64,000 nucleotides of DNA from Patescibacteria group bacterium (GTDB lineage Bacteria > Patescibacteriota > SICC01), in contig JBBDXB010000006.1 in assembly GCA_040902515.1 (NCBI GenBank), positions 66,219-130,218 on the forward strand. Direction: 5' to 3'. Each line of letters begins with the position of its first letter. Within the stretch, counting starts at the first letter, position 1. The notes below the pieces were generated by a model that was not told the DNA's origin, did no database searches, and saw only the letters and a list, made by a program, of their open reading frames with translations. A program made the translations under genes and the position numbers. Below are positions 56,475-64,000 of this stretch, piece after piece.

Positions 56475-58868
56475 ATGCAACAGAAACGCAAACGACAACT
56501 CGACGCCTACCTCCGCGCGGCCAACTACCTGTCGGCCGCCCAGGTCTACCTCAAGGACAACTTCCTGCTCAACCGGCCGCTCGTGCCCGAAGACATCAAG
56601 CCGCGGCTGCTCGGCCACTGGGGATCCAGCCCGGGCATCAACTTCATATACGCGCACCTCAACGAGCTGATCCGCCGCGAGGGTTCGGAAATCCTGTTCG
56701 TGATGGGTCCCGGCCACGCCTACGCCGCCCTGCAGGCGAACCTGTTCCTCGAGGGTTCGCTGGAGAAGTTCTACCCGAAGGCGAAGCGGAACGCCGCCGG
56801 CGTCAGCTACATCGTGAAGGAGTTCAGCTGGCCGTACGGGTTCCCCAGCCACTCCAACCCCGGCACGCCCGGCGTGATCCTCGAGGGCGGCGAGCTCGGC
56901 TACGCGCTCTCCACCGCTTACGGCGCCGCGCTCGACAACCCGGACCTGATCGTCGCCACGGTGATCGGTGACGGCGAGGCCGAGACCGGCCCGACCGCCA
57001 CCGCCTGGCACCTGAACAAGCTGCTCGACCCGGCCACCTCCGGCGCGGTCCTGCCGATCATCCATCTCAACGAATACAAGATCTCCGGCCCGACGATCTA
57101 CGGCCGGATGTCGGACGCCGAACTCAAGCAGCTCTTCCGCGGCTACGGCTACGAGCCGATCTTCGTCCGCGGCAGCGCGGGCCGGACGCCGCACGACCGG
57201 ATGCACGACGCGCTCCAGGCCAGTTATCGGAAGATCCGGAAGGTCCAGCAGGCGGCACGGAAGGACCGGAGCCGGAACGCCGGCCGCAACACCACAGGGA
57301 ACGGCACCGAAACCGTCCGGCCCAGGTGGCCGCTGATCATCCTCCGGACCCCGAAAGGATGGACCGGCATCAAGCGGCTCGACGGCGAGCCGGTCGAAGG
57401 CAGCTTCCGCTCGCACCAGGTGGTCGCGCCGGACGTCCGCGACAACCCGGCGCACCTGGCCGCGCTCGAACGCTGGCTCCGCTCCTACCGGTTCGACGAA
57501 CTCTTCGATCCGCGGCGCGGCTTCACGGCCGACGTCCGGGTGAACGTTCCCGCTGGCCGAAAGCGCATGGGTCTCAGTCGCCACACTCACGGCGAGCGAC
57601 GGAAGTCACTGAAGCTGCCGAACCCCGCTTCGCTGGCAGTCCGGCCGCAGCAGCCCGGCGAGCTGGCAAACGGCGGCATGCACTACGTGGGTGACTACCT
57701 CAAGGAGACGTTCGCCAAGAACCGCCGCACCAAGAACCTCCGGATCTTCTCGCCCGACGAGACCTACTCGAACCGGCTCGACAAGGTATTCGATGAGACC
57801 GCCCGCGCCTGGCAGTGGCCGCTCAAGTCCGCCGACGTGGACATGGCCCGCGACGGGCGCGTGATGGAGATGCTCTCCGAACACTCACTGCAGGGTATGC
57901 TCCAGGGCTACGCGCTCACCGGCCGGTACGGCCTGTTCGCCTCGTACGAAGCCTTCATCCAGATCGTCACCAGCATGGTCGACCAGTACGCGAAGTTCGT
58001 GAAGATCGCCCGGACGATTCCGTGGCGGAAGCCGAACCCGTCGCTGACCTACCTCCTGACTTCGTCCGCCTGGCGGCAGGAGCACAACGGCTTCTCCCAC
58101 CAGAACCCCGGCTTCATCGACGACCTGCTGCAGCGGCACGGCGACTTCATCACCGTCTACTTCCCGCCCGATGGCAACGCCACGTTGGCGGCGCTCGACG
58201 AAAGCCTCCGCTCGACCGACCGGATCAACGCGCTGGTCGTCGCCAAGAAGAACCAGCACATCTGGTTGCCGTACGCCGACGCCAAGCGCGGGATGCAGGA
58301 CGGGCTCGCGACCTGGCGGTTCGCCTCCGACGCGCGGCCTGACCTGGTCTTCGCCGCGGCCGGCGGACACCTCACTACGGAAACGCTGGCGGCGCTGGCG
58401 ATCGTCAAGGAGGAGGTACCAAGCGCCCGTCTACGGTTCGTCTCGATCGCCGCGCTCTCCGACTGCGGGTTCGGGCCGGCCGGCCGGAAGGTCGGCGAGG
58501 CCGCCTTCCAACGCCACTTCACGAACGACAAACCGGTGATCGTCAACTTCCACGGCTACCCCGAGACCCTCAAGTCCATCCTCTTCGACTACGAACGCCG
58601 GGCGGGACGCTTCTCCGTGCACGGCTACCTTGAGTCCGGCTCCACTACCACGCCGTTCGACATGCACGTACGGAACGAGACCGACCGCTACCACCTGGCG
58701 ATGGAAGCCTTCGGCCGGCTGGCCGACCAGAAGGCCCTGGACCGCCGCACCGCGAACGCGCTCCGTAAGAAGTACGCCGCGAAGCTCGCCGCCGAACGGC
58801 GCTATATCGTCGACCACGGAATCGACCCGAAACACATCGAGGAGTGGCAATGGCCGGATCCGTCCTGA
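56475..58868 (+). CDS. xfp: Phosphoketolase (XFP)
   Basis: GHWG, GPGH, EGGELGY, GDGEAETG, LSEH, QEHNGFSHQ. Confidence 0.95.
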   Translation: MQQKRKRQLDAYLRAANYLSAAQVYLKDNFLLNRPLVPEDIKPRLLGHWGSSPGINFIYAHLNELIRREGSEILFVMGPGHAYAALQANLFLEGSLEKFYPKAKRNAAGVSYIVKEFSWPYGFPSHSNPGTPGVILEGGELGYALSTAYGAALDNPDLIVATVIGDGEAETGPTATAWHLNKLLDPATSGAVLPIIHLNEYKISGPTIYGRMSDAELKQLFRGYGYEPIFVRGSAGRTPHDRMHDALQASYRKIRKVQQAARKDRSRNAGRNTTGNGTETVRPRWPLIILRTPKGWTGIKRLDGEPVEGSFRSHQVVAPDVRDNPAHLAALERWLRSYRFDELFDPRRGFTADVRVNVPAGRKRMGLSRHTHGERRKSLKLPNPASLAVRPQQPGELANGGMHYVGDYLKETFAKNRRTKNLRIFSPDETYSNRLDKVFDETARAWQWPLKSADVDMARDGRVMEMLSEHSLQGMLQGYALTGRYGLFASYEAFIQIVTSMVDQYAKFVKIARTIPWRKPNPSLTYLLTSSAWRQEHNGFSHQNPGFIDDLLQRHGDFITVYFPPDGNATLAALDESLRSTDRINALVVAKKNQHIWLPYADAKRGMQDGLATWRFASDARPDLVFAAAGGHLTTETLAALAIVKEEVPSARLRFVSIAALSDCGFGPAGRKVGEAAFQRHFTNDKPVIVNFHGYPETLKSILFDYERRAGRFSVHGYLESGSTTTPFDMHVRNETDRYHLAMEAFGRLADQKALDRRTANALRKKYAAKLAAERRYIVDHGIDPKHIEEWQWPDPS

Positions 58869-60019
58869 TCGTCAATCCCGGCAGTTCCTCGAAAAAGCTG
58901 GCGCTGTATCGCGGCACGCGGCAGGTCGCCTGCGCGCACATCGAGCATGAGGGCGGCGGGGTGACCGCCGCGCTGGAGCTCGCCGGGACGGCATCGACCC
59001 ACCGGCTTTCGACCGACACGTTCGCACGCGGCACCGACTGGTTCCTGCGCCGAGCGGAACGGGCCGGCGTGCTCCGGAACGCATCGGACGTCTCCGCCGT
59101 GGGACTGCGGACCGTCGCGTCCGGCGAAGCGTTCCGGCGCCACCGGATGATCGACGAACACTACGAACGCCAGCTCCGGACGGCGTACGAGCGAAGCCCG
59201 CTGCACCTCGGGCCCGCCCTCGCGGAACTCGACCACGCCCGAGACGTCCTGCCGCACGTGCCGGTCGTCGGCGTCTCGGACAGCGCCTTCCACCTGACGC
59301 TGCCGGAAACCGCCCGCCGCTACGCGATCCCCGCCGGCGACGCGGAACGTCGCGGCCTGTTCCGCTACGGGTTCCACGGGATATCGGTCGGCTCGGTCGT
59401 TCGGACCGTCCGCCGCGAGCTGGGCCGCATGCCGGCCCGCACGGTCGTCTGCCACCTGGGCAGCGGCGCCAGCATTACCGCCCTTCAGCGCGGTAAGAGC
59501 GTGGACACCTCGATGGGCGCGACGCCGATGGAAGGATTGATCATGGCGACCCGTGCCGGAGACGTCGACCCCGGCATCCTCCTGGAGATGGCTCACGAAC
59601 GCTCGGCGCGCCAGGTCGAGACGGACCTCAACCGTCACTCCGGGCTGCTCGCCCTCGGCGGCAGCGACGACATCCGCGAGCTCCTGAAACGGGAACGCAA
59701 GGGTGATTCCCGCGCCAAGCTGGCGCTCGACACCTATGCCTACCGGGTCCGCAAGTACATCGGCGCGTACGCCGCCGTACTGGGCGGCCTGGACCTGCTG
59801 GTCTTCACCGGCACGGTCGGCGAGCGCTCGGTACCGATGCGTAAGCGCATCTGCCGCGACCTCGACTACCTCGGCGTCCGGCTGGACGCCGCCAGGAACC
59901 GGAAGACCGATACGGCCTTCGCCGCGATCAATGCCCCCCGGACAAAGGCCCGCGTGCTGGTCGTCCCGACCGACGAGCTGGGCGAGATGGCCCGGGCGAC
60001 CACGGCCCTGCTCGCATAG
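58850..60019 (+). CDS. ackA: Acetate kinase
   Basis: NPGSSSKK, RYGFHG, HLGSGAS, TSMG.TPMEG, VFTG.VGE, TDE. Confidence 0.92.
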   Translation: MAGSVLIVNPGSSSKKLALYRGTRQVACAHIEHEGGGVTAALELAGTASTHRLSTDTFARGTDWFLRRAERAGVLRNASDVSAVGLRTVASGEAFRRHRMIDEHYERQLRTAYERSPLHLGPALAELDHARDVLPHVPVVGVSDSAFHLTLPETARRYAIPAGDAERRGLFRYGFHGISVGSVVRTVRRELGRMPARTVVCHLGSGASITALQRGKSVDTSMGATPMEGLIMATRAGDVDPGILLEMAHERSARQVETDLNRHSGLLALGGSDDIRELLKRERKGDSRAKLALDTYAYRVRKYIGAYAAVLGGLDLLVFTGTVGERSVPMRKRICRDLDYLGVRLDAARNRKTDTAFAAINAPRTKARVLVVPTDELGEMARATTALLA

Positions 60020-60120
60020 CAACGCCTTTTCCTGTACGCTGAATGCGTCGTTAAAGTTAAGTCAGAGTCGTAGCGCAGGTCCAGGCCGAGGCTCCTCTGC
60101 ACAAGAAAGGAGCCACCACC

Positions 60121-60369
60121 ATGGCAAAAGAACTATTCGTCGGGAATCTCCCGTTTAGCACGACCAACGAGTCGCTGCAGCAGCATTTCGCGAGCTATAA
60201 CCCGACCGCCGCGAGCGTGATCACTGATCGGGACTCGGGTCGCAGCCGCGGCTTCGGTTTCGTGAAGTTCGATGACGACGCGCAGGCCGACAAGGCCGTC
60301 GAAGAGCTCAACGGCAAGGAGATCGATGGTCGCCCGCTGACCGTGCGCGAAGCACGTCCGCGCGAGTAA
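60121..60369 (+). CDS. RRM (RNP-1) RNA-binding protein
   Basis: LFVGNL, RGFGFV. Confidence 0.95.
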   Translation: MAKELFVGNLPFSTTNESLQQHFASYNPTAASVITDRDSGRSRGFGFVKFDDDAQADKAVEELNGKEIDGRPLTVREARPRE

Positions 60370-60387
60370 TCGCCGAACAGACAATGC

Positions 60388-60417
60388 ATAAAGGCGCATC
60401 CTCGGATGCGCCTTTAT
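60388..60417. terminator. Bidirectional terminator between convergent genes
   Basis: ATAAAGGCGCATCC-TC-GGATGCGCCTTTAT. Confidence 0.8.
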
Positions 60418-60421
60418 CGTG

Positions 60422-61111
60422 CTACGTGCCCTTGAGATACTCGAGTGCGCGCTCGAATACCTCGTCCGGAGTCATGTCGGTGGTGTCGATGATCAGTGCG
60501 TCTTCCGCCGGACGGAGCGGGTCATGCTTCCGGTTCATATCCCGCTCATCCCGCCGGTTCACGTCGGCGAGGATGGTTTCGTAATCCGCATCGATGCCCC
60601 TGTCCTGCAGCTCCTTCACCCGTCGCGCAGCCCGCACCTCGGGCGACGCGGTGAGGTAGATCTTGTACCGGGCATCCGGCACCGTCACGGTGCCGATGTC
60701 GCGGCCGTCCATCACGACGTCGCCCTCCTTGGCGAACGCCCGCTGCACCCGGTGGACGTGATCGCGTACCGTCCGGTAGGCGCTCACCCGGGAGGCTGCC
60801 TCGCCACCCTCATGGCTGCGGAGCTTTTGCACGTCGGCCGGCTTGCCGTTGATGAAGAGCCCGGCCGGGTGCCGGAGCTCGAATCTGAGCCCATGGATGA
60901 TCCGTTCGCACATGGCTTCGTCGTCAAGATCCGCTCCGGCCTCCGCCACCGCCAGTCCGCCCGCACGGTACATCAGGCCGGTATCCAAAAGCGGCCACCC
61001 CAGATGCTCCGCGAGCCGCCTGCTGAGACTGCCTTTGCCGGATGCGTTCGGACCGTCGATCGCGACGACTGAACGCTTGGCCGGCGTATCGTTCGTGTGC
61101 GTTTCGTTCAT
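60422..61111 (-). CDS. cmk: Cytidylate kinase
   Basis: DGPNASGKG, LDTGLMYRA, DGRDIGTV, RDERD. Confidence 0.95.
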   Translation of the reverse strand: MNETHTNDTPAKRSVVAIDGPNASGKGSLSRRLAEHLGWPLLDTGLMYRAGGLAVAEAGADLDDEAMCERIIHGLRFELRHPAGLFINGKPADVQKLRSHEGGEAASRVSAYRTVRDHVHRVQRAFAKEGDVVMDGRDIGTVTVPDARYKIYLTASPEVRAARRVKELQDRGIDADYETILADVNRRDERDMNRKHDPLRPAEDALIIDTTDMTPDEVFERALEYLKGT

Positions 61112-61172
61112 GCGTATGTACCGCTGATGCGTTCCCGACGCACCTCATCAATCGTACCCGAAATGGGGCGCC

Positions 61173-61228
61173 GCTTCCCTTTCGACCCGAACTTCCCGGG
61201 TCTCGTCAGTCGCTAGGCGAGAGGGAGC
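61173..61228 (-). ncRNA. Type III hammerhead ribozyme
   Basis: GCUCCC UC^ UCGC-CUA-GCGA CUGACGA GACCCG-GGAAGUU-CGGGUC GAAA GGGAAGC. All core nucleotides and three stems are present. Confidence 0.8.
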
Positions 61229-61338
61229 CGAGAATGAAAACTGGAGTTACCAGAAACTATTCTCGGCGGGCAAGCAGAAAGGATGATATGTCCTGGTTCT
61301 TGCCGTGGTTTTTTAGGGTGGTGCTAGGTGCCGACGGG

Positions 61339-62181
61339 CTAGGGAGCGATACCCTCGAGGGCCGCGGCCACCCAGTGGTAGTCCTCGCCGATCGACGCCA
61401 GGACCTGCTCGGTCTCGCTGAAGTCGCCGGCGTCGACGAAATCGCGGAACCGCTGCTTGTCCTTCATGGCGTTCTCGTCACCGCCCGGCCAGATGCGCCA
61501 GGAGTCGTTGTCGATGACGTCGGCCACGACGATCCGGCCATCGCCGGTGATGCCGCACTCGATCTTGAGGTCGACAAGCGTGATGTCGATGCCCGCCAGC
61601 GCCCGCTCGAGCGCGAGGAACGTCCACTCCCCGAGCCGCTTGAGCTCCTGGGTCTGGTCGAGCGTCAGGCCGAACGGCAGCCCGGGCACGTCGTCGATGA
61701 ACGAGCCGGGCTCGTACATCGGCTGCTTGGCCTCGAACAGGAGCGTCTGGTCCGTGATCGGATTCACCACCATCAGCGGATCGCCGGCATCGTCGTCCTT
61801 CTTGAAGAACTCGACCCGGACCGGCTCGAAGCGATACTTCGGCGCGATGACCGGGTGGCGCTTCAGGAACGACCCGTACGCCACCCGCCGCATCACGATC
61901 TCGATGGGAATCATCGTGACGGCCTTCGCCCGGAACGTGCGCTCATCGACACGACCCCTGAAGTGGGTCGGGATGTTCGCCGCCTCCAGGAGCAGGAACG
62001 TCGCGCAGGTCGTGGTCGTCGCGGCCACACCCTTCCCGGTGAGAAGCTCGTGCCCCTCGCCGTCGTTGGCGGTGATGTCGTCCTTGGACTCGAGGAGTAC
62101 GGAGCCCGGATCGTCCGGATCCTTCCAGACCCGCTTGGTCTTGCCCTTGATCACCAGCTCTTTCTCTTGCGTATCCGTCAT
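61339..62181 (-). CDS. purC: SAICAR synthetase (PAICS-type)
   Basis: GKTK, KDDITA, IPIE.V.RR.A.GS, VDLKIE.G, ADVIDNDSWR, KDKQ. Confidence 0.92.
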   Translation of the reverse strand: MTDTQEKELVIKGKTKRVWKDPDDPGSVLLESKDDITANDGEGHELLTGKGVAATTTTCATFLLLEAANIPTHFRGRVDERTFRAKAVTMIPIEIVMRRVAYGSFLKRHPVIAPKYRFEPVRVEFFKKDDDAGDPLMVVNPITDQTLLFEAKQPMYEPGSFIDDVPGLPFGLTLDQTQELKRLGEWTFLALERALAGIDITLVDLKIECGITGDGRIVVADVIDNDSWRIWPGGDENAMKDKQRFRDFVDAGDFSETEQVLASIGEDYHWVAAALEGIAP

Positions 62182-62185
62182 GTGA

Positions 62186-62692
62186 TTATCCTTTCGATGT
62201 CCGTAGGTTGAGTTGCGGGGACTTGACGGTGTTGCGGTAGTACTCGCGGAACCGCTCGTACTGGACGTTGTCCATGTCGACGATCTGGCCCGCGAGCCAG
62301 GCCGCGTTCTTGAGTCCGGGCTTGTCGATCCCGGTGAACGCCACCGGGACGCCGGGCGGCATGCGGCAGATCGCCAGCAGGGCGTCGAGACCGTCCAGGT
62401 TGTCACTGGAGAGCGCGACCCCGACGACCGGCGTAGCAAGGCGACCCTGCGCCAGCAGCTGGGAGACGACCGCCCCCGGCAGCGCTGCCGACAGGCCGGC
62501 GACGGCGATGTAGACACCCACCGATTGTATCTCGATGTACTCCTTGAGGTCGTCGGGATTGCGGTGCGCCGAGATCACCGAGACGGTCCAACTCGCGCCG
62601 GCACCATCGAGGATGTCGGTCATGCCTGACTTCTCCACGATCTCGAGGTCGCTCGCGCTCCCGACGATGATCGCGACGTCCGGATTCTGCAT
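62186..62692 (-). CDS. purE: AIR carboxylase / N5-CAIR mutase family
   Basis: GSASD, SAHR.P, PVVGV, GLDALL...MPPGVPVA. Confidence 0.9.
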   Translation of the reverse strand: MQNPDVAIIVGSASDLEIVEKSGMTDILDGAGASWTVSVISAHRNPDDLKEYIEIQSVGVYIAVAGLSAALPGAVVSQLLAQGRLATPVVGVALSSDNLDGLDALLAICRMPPGVPVAFTGIDKPGLKNAAWLAGQIVDMDNVQYERFREYYRNTVKSPQLNLRTSKG

Positions 62693-62828
62693 AATGTTCC
62701 TTTCTTGGTCGGTTGGCAGTCAGGGTCATCGGCACGGAACGCGATCACCCATTCCCGCCAACCGGGTGTGAAGGTACGACTTATCAGGATACCCTCTCTG
62801 GCGGGCAAACCAAACCGTCCCGGCCTGC

Positions 62829-63356
62829 CTACCCCCAGCCTTCGTCGCGCGCTTGCCGGAGCTTGGTACGCCGCTCCTCGATCTGGTCACGCAGGTCCGG
62901 CCGTGCCCGCCACAACATTTCGCAATGCTCCAAGAGTCCGTAAAGGCGCTCCCGGTTCTGGATCAGGGCAAGGTCGGAATCGGTTTCCCACACGGAAACA
63001 GTCATCGGCTCCTCTGTTCCCCGTTCCCGCACCTCGATGCGCAGCAGATCGGGAGCCTTGGGATCTTCGCTCGGTGCCCGGGCGTCCAATCTGCCCCGAT
63101 ACGTCTTCCCGCCGACCCACCAGGCGACGTCAGTGCAATCGGTGATATCCACCGGCTCGAACGATCCTTCGAGTCCGGACTTGTCGGGCGGACGCTCCGG
63201 CTTACATTTCAGCAGCGCCGCCCGGCGGCGCTTTTCCGTCTGAAGCTGATCCATCGAAAGCCCCCTGAATTTGTGCATCAGCGTGCGTATGGATGTCTCG
63301 GTCCCATCCAGGGGATGGGGCGTGGGGCGTTCGGGGGTCCGAGTGCGCTTGTTCAT
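62829..63356 (-). CDS. Hypothetical protein
   Basis: 175-aa ORF with no recognised motif. Confidence 0.55.
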   Translation of the reverse strand: MNKRTRTPERPTPHPLDGTETSIRTLMHKFRGLSMDQLQTEKRRRAALLKCKPERPPDKSGLEGSFEPVDITDCTDVAWWVGGKTYRGRLDARAPSEDPKAPDLLRIEVRERGTEEPMTVSVWETDSDLALIQNRERLYGLLEHCEMLWRARPDLRDQIEERRTKLRQARDEGWG

Positions 63357-63368
63357 ATGGATTCATGG

Positions 63369-63551
63369 TTACCCTACCGGCCTCCCGGGACGCTTCGCCT
63401 TGCGGATCCCACCGGTCTCATCCTTGGTAACCCGGGTTCCGTCCGGCTTCACCTTCTTGACGGGTTCCACTTTCACGCTTTCCGCCCGCATGCGGACGAC
63501 TTCGTCTCCGGCCCGAGTATCCTTGTCGGCAATCATGGCATTACCTCCCAC
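63369..63551 (-). CDS. Small basic hypothetical protein
   Basis: SD GGAGG before an internal ATG (MIADK). Start uncertain. Confidence 0.5.
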   Translation of the reverse strand: MGGNAMIADKDTRAGDEVVRMRAESVKVEPVKKVKPDGTRVTKDETGGIRKAKRPGRPVG

Positions 63552-63662
63552 CGACCATGCTAAGCGATGCGCCCGCTACCGTAACCGATATTCCTCCAAA
63601 AACCGGCTTCCCGGAATGAGCCCGCTCGGCATTCTGCACAAGACGCCTGGTGCGCCAATCCG

Positions 63663-63989
63663 TCAGATCCGGTAGAAGGGATCGATACCGAGCGCGGACA
63701 GCGCCACGTTCACGACCAGATAGGCCGTGAATACGATGACCAACCCGATGATCGCGCTGAAGAAAGTCTTTGCGGCCCGGGCGCGCGCTTCATCCCTGCC
63801 GAAGGACAGGATGAACATGATGCCCGAGATGATGATGAAAAGGACCGCCAGGATGCCGGCCCCGATAAATAGGATATTGAAGACCTGCGCTACCAGGGTA
63901 TCGAATACGAATCCGGGTTCTGTCGCGATCGGATTCGGGACCGCGGGGTCACCCAGCGGCGCAGGCGCTTGCGCGAGTATATGTGCCAT
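63663..63989 (-). CDS. Two-TM pilin-like protein (VirB2/TrbC-like, CPR pilin type)
   Basis: AGILAVLFIIISG..F..S.G...A.KT...AIIGLVI. Confidence 0.7.
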   Translation of the reverse strand: MAHILAQAPAPLGDPAVPNPIATEPGFVFDTLVAQVFNILFIGAGILAVLFIIISGIMFILSFGRDEARARAAKTFFSAIIGLVIVFTAYLVVNVALSALGIDPFYRI

Positions 63990-64000
63990 GGCACCACGCT

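Noticed and set aside
1-64000. CRISPR array, rRNA, reverse transcriptase/DGR
   Set aside because: No regularly spaced repeats, rRNA signatures or RT motifs were seen.

Overview
This is a high-GC (~65%) bacterial chromosomal segment. The gene content points to Patescibacteria/CPR (inference): short AlaRS, archaeal-type PGI/PMI and Trm11-like methyltransferase, an FtsA-like/baseplate-J-like pair, tandem gpmI, a CPR-type pilin, minimal CHAP proteins and patchy nucleotide biosynthesis. Most of it is housekeeping: trxAB, cca, glycolysis, obg, mltG, alaS, metG, glmS, pcrA, glyA, pyrG, ftsEX, xfp-ackA, purE/purC, tRNA-Ala and tRNA-Glu. Four things stand out. (1) A lower-GC, translationally coupled three-gene island at 22.1-25.1 kb encodes an archaeal-type adenylate-kinase-like protein, a HAM1/ITPase-fold protein with a rewired base-recognition motif, and a large protein with a Mom-like GNAT domain; it is a candidate nucleotide-modification or defence system. 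(2) A type III hammerhead ribozyme with a fully canonical core lies between purC and cmk. (3) An unassigned ~300-nt highly structured RNA lies near tRNA-Ala. (4) Smaller signals include a palindromic operator on the dinB promoter, widespread leaderless promoters, a low-GC in-frame patch inside alaS and a PAICS-type PurC. All assignments come from reading motifs by eye; no searches were run.
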